Position numbers and translations under genes: made by a program | In this document: positions 1-8,759 of the stretch, in pieces | Position numbering within the stretch: the stretch's first letter is position 1 | Layout: the number at the start of each line of letters is the position of its first letter | Assembly (NCBI GenBank): GCA_963702475.1 | Contig: CAVPCT010000003.1 | Coordinates: forward strand, 96,001-160,000 | DNA from: an uncultured Thermoleophilia bacterium | Lineage (GTDB): Bacteria > Actinomycetota > Thermoleophilia > UBA2241 | Reading direction: 5' to 3' | DNA length: 64,000 bases | The notes under the pieces: model-generated | Seen by the model: only the letters and a program-made list of their open reading frames with translations | Told to the model about the DNA's origin: nothing | The model's database searches: none

Positions 1-697
1 TCACGGCGTCGGCCAGCGCCTGGTCGGGCTCGCCGTCCGCCGGAGGCTGGTCGGGAGCGATGGCGTCCTGTGCCTTCTGCAGCGTCACGATGCCGGCGTC
101 GTAGTCGCCCTGGGCGCACTGCACGACGCCCAGGGCGACGTCGGTCTTCACGCTCGGCTGCACGGCGGCCGACTGCTCCAGGTCGGCCTGCGCCTGCGCG
201 TAGTCGCCGCCGGCCGCTTCGATCAGCCCGAGGTTGTAGTACGCCGACGCCTCCACCGTCTTGCCGTTCTTGGTCGCCGGAGCGTCCGTGGCCTTGCGCG
301 TGGAAGGCTCGCCGGCCGCGGGCTCGCCCTTGAGGATGAAGCCGGCGCCGACGTTGAGGTCGGCCCCGCGGTACTTGGCGTTGAGCTTCAGCACCTTCTC
401 GAGCAGGCCATCGGCCTTGGCGTACTCCCCGCTCCGCAGGTAACAGACGGCGAGGTTGTTGAGGGCGTCGGTGTCGCCGGGCTCGAGCTTGACGGCGAGC
501 TTGAACAGCTTGGTGGCCTCGGCGACGTCGCCAGCCTCCAGCGCCTTGCAGCCCAGGTTGTACGGGTGGGTCTTGGCGGCCGCCGCCGGACCGGCGGCGG
601 CGAGCAGGCAGGCGAGCACCACCGCGACCAGCAGGCAGACCTCCGTCACGCGGCGACGTGAGGCGGTGGGGCGCCGGAGTGGACGGGCGGTGTACAT
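1..697 (-). CDS. Secreted TPR-repeat protein (3' end runs off the window)
   Basis: Manual translation from ATG at 697, 1 nt after the upstream stop: MYTARPLRR..VCLLVAVVLACLLAAAGPAAAA (signal peptide), then TPR-like helices ALNNLAVCYLRSGEYAKA, AYYNLGLIEAAGGDYAQA, VALGVVQCAQGDYDAG. No stop before position 1, so it is absent from the ORF track. Confidence 0.8.
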   Translation of the reverse strand, partial: MYTARPLRRPTASRRRVTEVCLLVAVVLACLLAAAGPAAAAKTHPYNLGCKALEAGDVAEATKLFKLAVKLEPGDTDALNNLAVCYLRSGEYAKADGLLEKVLKLNAKYRGADLNVGAGFILKGEPAAGEPSTRKATDAPATKNGKTVEASAYYNLGLIEAAGGDYAQAQADLEQSAAVQPSVKTDVALGVVQCAQGDYDAGIVTLQKAQDAIAPDQPPADGEPDQALADAV

Positions 698-698
698 G

Positions 699-1256
699 TC
701 AGAACGGCTCCGCCTGGCAGGAGCAGGGCGAGTCGCCCTCGCACGTGCACGAGGACACGCCCTGGCACGTGCACACGGCGTTGCACGAGCACGTGCCTCC
801 CCCGCCCCCCGAGTCAGCTACGCAGCTGCAGGCATCCACGGCCTCACAGGTGCACACCTGGTTGCAGGTGCAGACCAGGTTGCAGGTGCAGACGGTGCCG
901 CCGAAGGCGTCCTTTCCGGTCAGCCGGGTCCTGGTGGTGTGGGCGCGCGTCACCTTGCCCGGCTTGTCGGTCTTCTCGGGCTTCTTCGTCGGCCCCGACG
1001 TCTTGCGCGAGGGGTCGGCGGGGGCGACGAAGGTGTCGGGATCGGGGTAGGCGTACTCGGGCTCAGGGGCGCTCCACTTGAGGACCCTGGGCGGCTCGGG
1101 CGACCCGGAGGACTCGCCGAAGAACGACTCGACAGGCGCCGGCGATTCGCCCAGCAGGTCGTCGGGCGCCGATTCGCCGGCGCGCAGGGCAGCCCACTCG
1201 ACGGTGGCTTCCTCGCTCTCGTAGATGGACAGCTCGGGAGGCTCGTAGTCGCTCAT
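699..1256 (-). CDS. Putative RiPP precursor with Cys-rich C-[TS]-C repeat core
   Basis: Acidic leader starting MSDYEPPEL (YxxPxL), a GG motif, then 8 C-[TS]-C motifs (16 Cys). The start overlaps the rSAM stop (ATGA). Confidence 0.8.
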   Translation of the reverse strand: MSDYEPPELSIYESEEATVEWAALRAGESAPDDLLGESPAPVESFFGESSGSPEPPRVLKWSAPEPEYAYPDPDTFVAPADPSRKTSGPTKKPEKTDKPGKVTRAHTTRTRLTGKDAFGGTVCTCNLVCTCNQVCTCEAVDACSCVADSGGGGGTCSCNAVCTCQGVSSCTCEGDSPCSCQAEPF

Positions 1257-2620
1257 CGCATGGCCTCCTCCAGCTGGTCGAGAGTGAGAGCGCGGTTGAT
1301 CTCACAGCGCCCGACCACCGCTTCGTCGGCGCCGGCGAACAGCCGTTTCGAGGGGCAGTCGCCGGCGCAGTGATACTTGGCGAAGCAGCGGGCGCAGCGC
1401 GGCGCCTCGTCGACAGTGAGGCGCCGCAGCGCGGCGACGCGCGCAGGGTCGAAGGCGAACGAGCGCGTCGCCGCGTCGTGCCGGCCGTAGATGAAGACGC
1501 CGGCACGCGGGTCGTCGCGGCCGGTGATCTCGTAGCAGGCCGTGACGTCGCCCTCGGTGGTGACGTTGAAGCTCGGCAAGCTGACCTGGCAGAAGGTGTG
1601 GCACAGGGAGCTCTGCCGCGCGCCGGAGTAGGCGAGCTCCACACCGGCTTCGGCCGCTGCCTCACAGCACTCGCGGTACACCCGTACGAAGCGCTCGGGC
1701 GAGGGCGGGCGCAGTCCGTTCTGCAGGGAGCGGCCGCACTGGAACAGCGGCTCCAGGTGCACCGTGTGGATGCGGTGGTCAGCGGTCAGCTGCCGCACTG
1801 TGCCGGCGGCGTGCTCCAGCGCCTCGTCGGTGCAGGTGAGGCGCACGCCGAGCGTCACCTCGCTGGCGGAGAGGCGTGCCAGCGTGCGCGTGACCTCCGG
1901 CCACGAGGGGCCACCGCCGGGCCGCGGCCGCAAGCGGTCCTGGACTTCCGGCGGCCCGTCCACGGAGACCATCACCGACGTCATGGTCTCCGCGAGGAAG
2001 TCGCGCATGGCGTCGTCCATGACGCCGTTGGTGGCCGTGCCCGTGCGCAGCCCCAGGCCGTTCTCCTCGCTCAGGCGCTGCGCCCGGCGCACGCAGCGTC
2101 TCAGCGTGTCGCCCGCAAGGGTGGGCTCGCCGCCGCCGTGGAACGACACGCGCACGTCGTCCAGGCCTCGGGCGGCGGCGTTGGCCACGACGAGGTCCAC
2201 GGCGTCGATGGCCACGCCGGGGTCGAGGAAGCGGTCGCGCTCGCCCCCTGAGGCGTAGCAGTAGACGCAGCGCAGGTTGCAGGCGCTGGTGAGGAAGAGC
2301 GTGACGGCGGTGGGGGCGACCGTGGCCGGGCCGTCGGCGTCCGCGGCACCCGGCCCGCTCGCGGGCTTGGGCGCTGAGGTCGTGACCCCGGTCGGGGTCC
2401 CGGCCGGCGCCGTCTCGATGAGCGACAGCTCCGCGAGGAGGTCGAGGACCTCGCGGCCGGACGCGTCGGGGGTGACGGCGCGCTCGGCGGCAATGGCGGA
2501 GAGCAGGCCGAGGCACGCGTCGTTGACGACCAGGCTTGTCCGCAGGAGCGGCGCGTAGACGAGGTGCCCCTCGTCGCGGGGGAGCGAGAACACCTCGGTG
2601 GTGAACCGGTAGGTGGTCAC
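1253..2620 (-). CDS. Radical SAM/SPASM-domain peptide maturase
   Basis: CNLRCVYC (CxxxCxxC), FHGGGEPT, SVDG; SPASM cysteines FC..GDVTAC..CARCFAKYHCAGDCP..C; N-terminal RRE-like segment. Confidence 0.93.
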   Translation of the reverse strand: MTTYRFTTEVFSLPRDEGHLVYAPLLRTSLVVNDACLGLLSAIAAERAVTPDASGREVLDLLAELSLIETAPAGTPTGVTTSAPKPASGPGAADADGPATVAPTAVTLFLTSACNLRCVYCYASGGERDRFLDPGVAIDAVDLVVANAAARGLDDVRVSFHGGGEPTLAGDTLRRCVRRAQRLSEENGLGLRTGTATNGVMDDAMRDFLAETMTSVMVSVDGPPEVQDRLRPRPGGGPSWPEVTRTLARLSASEVTLGVRLTCTDEALEHAAGTVRQLTADHRIHTVHLEPLFQCGRSLQNGLRPPSPERFVRVYRECCEAAAEAGVELAYSGARQSSLCHTFCQVSLPSFNVTTEGDVTACYEITGRDDPRAGVFIYGRHDAATRSFAFDPARVAALRRLTVDEAPRCARCFAKYHCAGDCPSKRLFAGADEAVVGRCEINRALTLDQLEEAMR

Positions 2621-3057
2621 GACCGCCGGACCTCGTCCGCAGGCTGGGCGCCGGGCACGCCGTCGACCAGACCCTGCGCCGCGAGAGTGCGCAGGCAGGC
2701 GAGTGTGTCGCGCCGCGCAGCCTCGGCGGACAGACCGAAGGCGGCGGCGAGCTCGCCGGCGATCTCGCCGGCGCTGCGCCGCCCGTCCACGGCCTTCCAG
2801 ACCACGGCCCCGGACCTGTTGAGCGTGAACACAGGCCCGTGCGGGTCGATCGGCGTCGGCAGCAGCCGAAGCCCGTCCGGCGCCGCGCGCTCGGCGAGGT
2901 TCTGGGCGCGGCGCGGACGCGCATCGCCGGGCTCAGACCGGCGCAGGCTGCGGCGCCAGCCGGCGCCGGCGAGCGCTGCGGCCAGCATGCAGCCGCCCGC
3001 CACGAGAAAGGTCCGTCTGGTGCTCCCCCTGCTCGCACGCTCAGAACCGGCGGCCAT
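2617..3057 (-). CDS. PqqD/RRE family protein with N-terminal twin-arginine-like hydrophobic leader
   Basis: FTLNRSGAVVWKAVDGRRSAGEIAGELAAAFG..ARRDTLACLRTLAAQGLV is PqqD-like. ATG 3057 has a GGAGGG RBS. N-terminus STRRTFLVAGGCMLAAALAGAG. Confidence 0.85.
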   Translation of the reverse strand: MAAGSERASRGSTRRTFLVAGGCMLAAALAGAGWRRSLRRSEPGDARPRRAQNLAERAAPDGLRLLPTPIDPHGPVFTLNRSGAVVWKAVDGRRSAGEIAGELAAAFGLSAEAARRDTLACLRTLAAQGLVDGVPGAQPADEVRRS

Positions 3058-3107
3058 GGCTCCCTCCGGGCTCCGTGGGAGGGCGGCGTCATCCGCCCTC
3101 TGGGTCA

Positions 3108-3136
3108 ATCGTGTCCCCTGCCTTCTCGTTCGTCAA
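3108..3136 (-). promoter_or_regulatory. Sigma70-type promoter of the RiPP operon
   Basis: Minus strand TTGACG-N17-CACGAT in the divergent intergenic gap. Confidence 0.5.
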
Positions 3137-3260
3137 GGAAAGCCGCCGGCTTTGCGTTACTGAGTGATTGACAGACGCGAGGGATGGCGTAGAACGGGTA
3201 TGGAAAGAGAGTGGACGGGGACGCGGCGCCTCGGCGTCGCCGGGCAACGGAGGGTGCACG

Positions 3261-4649
3261 ATGGCTGACGTGGTCTGGAAGGTTCATGCGCTCCGGACCG
3301 GAGGACGGCTGCGGCCGGACCGGACCCCGGCGCGGGTGCTCGCGCTGCTTGTCGCGGCCGTGCTCGCGGTCCTGCTCCTGTGCGCCTCGGCCGTCACGGC
3401 GGCTGGCACGAGCGCCGTTCCGAGCAGTGGCGTCGCCCCCCGCGCGGCCGAGGCGCCGCTCACGCTCGCGCCGTGGCTCGCCGCCGCCCCGGCCGTCGCA
3501 GCGGCTCGCGGGGCGCCGTCGACGCAGACGCTCTTCTCCGACGACTTCGAGTCCGGTCTCGCCAAGTGGCGCCTGCTCGGCAGCCCCGGCTGGAGCGGCA
3601 CGACCTACCGCGCCGCTGCCGGGACCTCCTCCGCCTACTGCGCCGGGACCGCGATCAGCCCGCCGGGGCCCTACGCGAACAACATGAGTGCGTGGATGAT
3701 CGCCGGTCCGTTCGACCTCTCCAAAGCCACCGCCGCGACCCTGAGCGCCAAGCTCTACTTCGTCACTGAGGCGAGCAAGGACCTGGTGAACCTGTACGTC
3801 TCCGTCGACAACGCGGACTTCTACGGGACCGGCTGGTCGGGGAACGGCGCCGCCTGGAACGACAAGAGCCTCGACCTGACCAACGTGTACACGCTGGGCA
3901 ACGTGTGCGGCAAGAGCCAGGTCTGGATCGCGGTCATGTTCAAGAGCGACCCGGCCGTGGTCTACGAGGGCGCCTACGCCGACAACGTCGTCCTCACCGC
4001 GACCATGCCGGGGACGGGGCAGAAGGAGGCGGGCCTGGTGCTCACCTCCGACGCCGAGACCGTGCCGTACGACGGGTCCACCAACCTCGTCGGAGCCCTG
4101 CTGGACGCCACCAGCGGCTTCCTGGTCCCCGACAAGGAGGTCGGTCTCTTCTGGTCCCAGGAGAACAAGATCGACGGCGAGTGGAACTACGCGGGCTCGG
4201 ACTCGTCGACCACCGGCAACTACGAGGTCAGGGCCACCGGCATCACGCGGACCACGTACTTCGCCATGTTCTTCGACGGCGACAGCGAGTATCTCTCGAC
4301 GATGAGCAATCTCGTGAAGGTGGTCGCGCGAGCGAAGATCACCCCGCCGGCTGTGCCCAAGGTCATCCAGGCGGGCAGGCTCGTGACGAGCTGGGGCACG
4401 ATCCTGCCGAAGCACACGACGGCGCAGAACCGTTCGAGCCACACCAAGGTGTACCTGGAGCGCTACTATGGCGGCAGATGGCACGCCGTGACCAGTCTGT
4501 ACGCGCAGAAGTACCGGAGCACCAAGAACGCTACCGAGTACGCCGTGAGTCTGCACTACCACGCCGGCTCGTGGCGCCTGAAGGCCGTGCACCAGGACGA
4601 CGACCACGCCAAGTCGACGTCGTCCTGGAGGACGTTCACCGCTCGCTGA
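3261..4649 (+). CDS. Secreted protein with jelly-roll-like domain and His-containing C-terminal domain
   Basis: GGAGG RBS before ATG 3261; hydrophobic signal; FSDDFESG..W module; C-terminus WRLKAVHQDDDHAKSTSSWRTFTAR. Confidence 0.75.
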   Translation: MADVVWKVHALRTGGRLRPDRTPARVLALLVAAVLAVLLLCASAVTAAGTSAVPSSGVAPRAAEAPLTLAPWLAAAPAVAAARGAPSTQTLFSDDFESGLAKWRLLGSPGWSGTTYRAAAGTSSAYCAGTAISPPGPYANNMSAWMIAGPFDLSKATAATLSAKLYFVTEASKDLVNLYVSVDNADFYGTGWSGNGAAWNDKSLDLTNVYTLGNVCGKSQVWIAVMFKSDPAVVYEGAYADNVVLTATMPGTGQKEAGLVLTSDAETVPYDGSTNLVGALLDATSGFLVPDKEVGLFWSQENKIDGEWNYAGSDSSTTGNYEVRATGITRTTYFAMFFDGDSEYLSTMSNLVKVVARAKITPPAVPKVIQAGRLVTSWGTILPKHTTAQNRSSHTKVYLERYYGGRWHAVTSLYAQKYRSTKNATEYAVSLHYHAGSWRLKAVHQDDDHAKSTSSWRTFTAR

Positions 4650-4670
4650 GATCCCGACGGGTCGGCGGCG

Positions 4671-4715
4671 GGGCGAGGGGCCGGGAGACGGCAGTCTTCT
4701 CCCGGCCCCTCGCCC
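4671..4715. terminator. Bidirectional terminator-like hairpin
   Basis: 18-bp perfect stem gggcgaggggccgggaga / tctcccggcccctcgccc between convergent genes. Confidence 0.7.
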
Positions 4716-4725
4716 GCACGCGCCG

Positions 4726-6234
4726 TCAGCGACGCCAGAACGCCGGCGTGAGCATCAGCATCAGCGTCACCAGCTCCAGCCGTCCGGCGAGCATATCGAA
4801 CATCAGCGTCAGCTTGGCGGCCGGCGCCATCCACAGGTAATTGTCCATGGGGCCGACATCCCCGAGGCCCGGCCCCACACCTCCCATGGCGGTGGCCGCC
4901 GCCGAGAGCGCCGTGGCGAAGTCCACCCCCGTGAGCGAGACGATGCTCACGGAGACCACGTAGACCGCCAGATACAAGCCCATGAAGGCCGATACCGAGC
5001 GCATCATCTCGTTGGTCACCACGCCGCCGTTGAGGCGCAGCTTGGTGACGCTGTACGGGTGCATGGTGCGGAAGAACTCGTGCGCGGCCTGCTTGCCGAA
5101 GAGCAGCACACGGATCACCTTCATGGCGCCGGCTGTCGATCCGGCGCAACCGCCCATGAACAGCAGCAGGAAGAGAATGAACTGCGCCGCCGGGAGCCAC
5201 TTCTCGTAGTCGGCCGTCACGAAGCCGGTCGTGGACGCCAGCGAGACGACCGTGAAGAAGGCGTCGCGGATCGCCTGGTTCGCCGAGACCGTGGAGGTGG
5301 CCCAGACGAGGGCGGCGATGAAGAAGCTCGAGCAGACGAGGACGGCGGTGTAGAAGCGCCATTCGGCGTCCCTGAAGAAGCGTCCAGGCTTGCCGGTGGC
5401 GAGGAACCAGTACAGGGAGAAGTTGGTCGAGGAGAGCCACAGGAACAGGACGATCACCCAGTCGATGTATGCGCTGTGCCACCAGCCGATGCTCGTGTTC
5501 CTGGTCGAGAAGCCGCCGGTGCCTATGGCCCCGAACATCTGGCACAGAGCGTCGTACCAGTCCATGCCGCCCAGGAGGAGCAGGATCGTGAGCGAGACCG
5601 ACAGGGTCAGGTAGATCGTCCAGAGGATCCGCGCCGTGCTGCTGATGCGCGGACGAAGGCGGTCCACCTCAAGGCCCGGCGCCTCGGCGCGATAGAGCTG
5701 CATGGCGCCGATGCCCAGCAACGGCAGCAGGGCGACGAACGAGACCAGGAAGCCCATGGCCCCCAGCCAGTGGGTGAAACAGCGCCAGAAGAGCAGCCCC
5801 CGGGGCATGGCCTCAACATCGGGGATCACGCTCGCCCCCGTACCCGTGAACCCGCTGGTCGTCTCGAACCAGGCGTTGAGCGGCCCGAGCTGTCCTTCGA
5901 GCACGAAAGGTATCGAGCCGATCACGCACACCATGAGCCAGCCCAGCGCCACGACGGCGATGCCGTCGTGGCGCGTGAGGCCCCGCAGGTCGGTGCGGAA
6001 GGCGACCAGGCCGATCGCTCCAAGGGCGCCCGCTGCGAACATGGTGGTGGCGAACGACTCGATGTCACGGCCGTCCCCGTAGAAGATGGCCACGGCCAGG
6101 GGCGCCGCCATGGCGGCCGTCTCGCCGAGCAGCAGGATGCTGAGCAGATAGGCGACGCGCCGCGCCCCGCCCACCGTGGCCGGGTGCAGGCCGGTCACGG
6201 TGGCGAGTACGGACGGCGCGGGCTGGGCAGCCAT
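4726..6234 (-). CDS. trkH: TrkH potassium uptake membrane protein
   Basis: FETTSGFTGTG, TGGFS, STTGF, GGCAGSTAGAMKVIR, GRLE filter motifs; likely start ATG 6234. Confidence 0.93.
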   Translation of the reverse strand: MAAQPAPSVLATVTGLHPATVGGARRVAYLLSILLLGETAAMAAPLAVAIFYGDGRDIESFATTMFAAGALGAIGLVAFRTDLRGLTRHDGIAVVALGWLMVCVIGSIPFVLEGQLGPLNAWFETTSGFTGTGASVIPDVEAMPRGLLFWRCFTHWLGAMGFLVSFVALLPLLGIGAMQLYRAEAPGLEVDRLRPRISSTARILWTIYLTLSVSLTILLLLGGMDWYDALCQMFGAIGTGGFSTRNTSIGWWHSAYIDWVIVLFLWLSSTNFSLYWFLATGKPGRFFRDAEWRFYTAVLVCSSFFIAALVWATSTVSANQAIRDAFFTVVSLASTTGFVTADYEKWLPAAQFILFLLLFMGGCAGSTAGAMKVIRVLLFGKQAAHEFFRTMHPYSVTKLRLNGGVVTNEMMRSVSAFMGLYLAVYVVSVSIVSLTGVDFATALSAAATAMGGVGPGLGDVGPMDNYLWMAPAAKLTLMFDMLAGRLELVTLMLMLTPAFWRR

Positions 6235-6245
6235 GCCGGGGCGGC

Positions 6246-7592
6246 TCAGGCGGGGGCCAGCAGGCGCTGCAGGCGCGGGATCAGGGCGGGACGCGTGAAC
6301 AGGATGACCTGGTCGCCTGCCTCGATCACCGTCGAGCCACGCGGCATGATCACCTCGCGCCCGCGGACCACCGCGCCGACCAGCGACCCGTGCGGCAGGT
6401 GCAGGAGCGCCAGGGGCAGGCCGACGATGCCCGACCCCTCCGCGGCCACGAACTCGATGCCCTCCACGAGATTCTCGCGGAGGGTGCGGATGGTCAGCAC
6501 CTGCCCTTGCCGGGCCAGCTGGATGATGGGGCTGAGCGCTGCGAGGAGGGGGCTGAGCACCACGTCCACGCCGATGCTCGAGGCGAACGGCATGTACTCG
6601 GGCGTGTCCACGAGGGCGGCGGCGCGGCGCACGCCCAGCCGTTTGGCGAGGAGCGCCGCGAACACGTTGGCCGTCTCGTCGCCGAGCGCGGCGATCGACA
6701 GATCGGCGCGCTGCACGCCCTCGTCGACCAGCAGCCGCTCGTCCATGCCGTGACCCTGCAGCACGAGCGTGCTGTCGAGCGCGCTGGAGATCCGCTCGCA
6801 CACGGCAGGATCGCGCTCGATGATCTTGGTGTGGATGCCCTCGGCGGCCAGGCGGCGGGCGATGGACACGCCTTCCCACCCGCCGCCGGTGATGATGACG
6901 TTGCGCGTGCGCACCCAACGCTTGCCCAGACGCGTGAGGGCCGGTCGCACCGAGTCGCGGTCGGCGACGAGGAACAGGGTGTCGCCGGCCATCAGGCGGA
7001 TGTCGTCCGACGGCGCGCTGACCATCTCCCTGCGATAGATGCCGGCCACGAGCAGCTTCTCGCCGTCGCGGGACAACGCTTTGATGGGTTTGCCGATCAG
7101 CGGCGAGTCGTCGTCCAGCTCGACGCCGACCGCCTGGACCCGGCCGCCGGCGAAGTCGAGCACGTCGGTGGCGCCGGGTACCCGCGCCAGGGCGACGGCG
7201 GCGCGTGCCACCTCCTCCTCCGGACTGATCACCAGGTCCACACTCAGCGAGCTCTGGTCGATGATGCCGCTGGCGCCGAGGTAGGCGGGATCGTGGATGC
7301 GGGCCACGCGGACGATCCGCCCGGACACGGTCTCGGCGATCAGGCAGGCCACGATGTTGGTCTCGTCGCTGCCGGTCACGGCCACCAGGACATCGGCCGC
7401 GCGCAGCCCGGCGTCGAGCAGCACCGACGGCGTGCTGCCTTTGCCGACCACCGCGCCCACGTCCATCGCGTCCTGGGCGCGGCGCAGGGCGTCCTCGTCC
7501 TCGCCGACCAGGACGACGTCGTGCCGCTCCTCGGAGAGCCTCTGGGCGACGGAGATGCCCAGCGTGCCCGTGCCGACGACCAGGATCCTCAC
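6246..7592 (-). CDS. trkA: Trk system K+ uptake protein TrkA (double RCK)
   Basis: MRILVVGTGTLG, VTGSDETNIVAC, a second Rossmann fold IITGGG; 448 aa; adjacent to trkH. Confidence 0.92.
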   Translation of the reverse strand: MRILVVGTGTLGISVAQRLSEERHDVVLVGEDEDALRRAQDAMDVGAVVGKGSTPSVLLDAGLRAADVLVAVTGSDETNIVACLIAETVSGRIVRVARIHDPAYLGASGIIDQSSLSVDLVISPEEEVARAAVALARVPGATDVLDFAGGRVQAVGVELDDDSPLIGKPIKALSRDGEKLLVAGIYRREMVSAPSDDIRLMAGDTLFLVADRDSVRPALTRLGKRWVRTRNVIITGGGWEGVSIARRLAAEGIHTKIIERDPAVCERISSALDSTLVLQGHGMDERLLVDEGVQRADLSIAALGDETANVFAALLAKRLGVRRAAALVDTPEYMPFASSIGVDVVLSPLLAALSPIIQLARQGQVLTIRTLRENLVEGIEFVAAEGSGIVGLPLALLHLPHGSLVGAVVRGREVIMPRGSTVIEAGDQVILFTRPALIPRLQRLLAPA

Positions 7593-7602
7593 GGCGCTCG
7601 CC

Positions 7603-8334
7603 TCAGTCCTCGCGCCGCGGCGCGCGCTCGCCGGTCACGTCGATGGTGGCCTGCGCCTGTACCTCTTCGGGCCGGCGGCTCGGCAGGAAGATGCGGATGA
7701 GGTCCCGCTCGCGGCCCGGCGGGGTGAGGCAGAGCACCTGGTCGCCGGGCAGCAGCTCCTCGTCGCCGCGAGGGAGCAGGGCGCCGCCCTCGCGGAGCAG
7801 TGCGGCCAGCAGCACGCCGGACGGCAGACGCAGCTCGCCGACGCTCAGGTGAGCGGCGGGGGAGTCGTCGCTCACCTCGATCTCGACCAGCTCGAGCCCC
7901 TCGTGCTTCAACGACAGCAACGGGACGAACTGGTGCGCCGGGAGGGCGTGCTGGATCATCGAGACCGTCATCGTCGTCGCGCACAGCGTCGACTGGACTC
8001 CGAACAGGTCGAAGGTGCGCTGGTTGCGCGGGTTGTTGACACGGGCCACCACCTTGGGCACGTGGTACTCGTGTCTGGCCAGCTCGGCGATGACAAGATT
8101 GTCCTCGTCGTCACCGGTCACCGCGACCACGAGGTCGGCGCGGGCGATGCCGGCCTTCTCGAGCACCCACATCTCGGTGCCGTCCCCGAACAGCAGCCGT
8201 TCCTCGAGCTCGGGCCGCAGCAGGTCGTACCGGGAGCGGCGCTGCTCCACGATGAGGTACTCGTGCCCGAGCTTGCCGAGGCTGATCCCGACATTGGACC
8301 CGACCTTGCCGCCGCCGATGATGAGCACGAACAC
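7603..8334 (-). CDS. TrkA family RCK_N/RCK_C protein
   Basis: VFVLIIGGGKVG, VTGDDEDNLV, ARVNNPRN; GTG start 8334. Confidence 0.88.
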   Translation of the reverse strand: MFVLIIGGGKVGSNVGISLGKLGHEYLIVEQRRSRYDLLRPELEERLLFGDGTEMWVLEKAGIARADLVVAVTGDDEDNLVIAELARHEYHVPKVVARVNNPRNQRTFDLFGVQSTLCATTMTVSMIQHALPAHQFVPLLSLKHEGLELVEIEVSDDSPAAHLSVGELRLPSGVLLAALLREGGALLPRGDEELLPGDQVLCLTPPGRERDLIRIFLPSRRPEEVQAQATIDVTGERAPRRED

Positions 8335-8336
8335 GG

Positions 8337-8759
8337 TCAGTCCTCGGTCTCGGGCTGGGGGCAGGCATGAATGGCGTCTACCAGACTCATCTCTGCGTCC
8401 TGGGTGGGGCACACCGTGCGCAGACCCATGCGCGCGAACGCCTTGGCGCGGCGCGGGTCGTACACGCGGGCCACGGCGCACGGTACCTCGAACGCGCGCT
8501 GGGCGATGAGCCCGCAGACGATGTTGGTGTTGTCGCCGTCGGTCACCGCCGCGAACGCGTCGGCGCCCTCGATGCCGGCCTTGCGCAGCACGTCCCAGTC
8601 GATGGCGGCTCCCACCACGCGGTGGCCGGGGAAGTCGTCGCCGAGCAGTGCGAACGAGCGGCGGTCGTCGTCGATCACCACAACGTCGTGGCCTTCACCC
8701 GCAAGGCGTCTCGCCACAGTTGAGCCGACCCGCCCGCATCCCGCGATGATCACGTACAT
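8337..8759 (-). CDS. TrkA_N-only NAD-binding protein
   Basis: MYVIIAGCGRVG, VTDGDNTNIV, ARVYDPRRA. Confidence 0.88.
   Translation of the reverse strand: MYVIIAGCGRVGSTVARRLAGEGHDVVVIDDDRRSFALLGDDFPGHRVVGAAIDWDVLRKAGIEGADAFAAVTDGDNTNIVCGLIAQRAFEVPCAVARVYDPRRAKAFARMGLRTVCPTQDAEMSLVDAIHACPQPETED

Noticed and set aside
699-701. Precursor TGA as a Sec read-through codon
   Set aside because: The next gene's ATG follows immediately, which is consistent with a normal stop.
850-895. 18-nt tandem repeats (ggttgcaggtgcagac) as a CRISPR array or VNTR
   Set aside because: They encode the VCTCN repeats of the precursor peptide and have no spacers.
699-1256. Metallothionein as an alternative identity for the Cys-rich ORF
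   Set aside because: Coupling to rSAM/SPASM and PqqD plus the YxxPxL leader favours a RiPP precursor, though metal binding by the product is not excluded.
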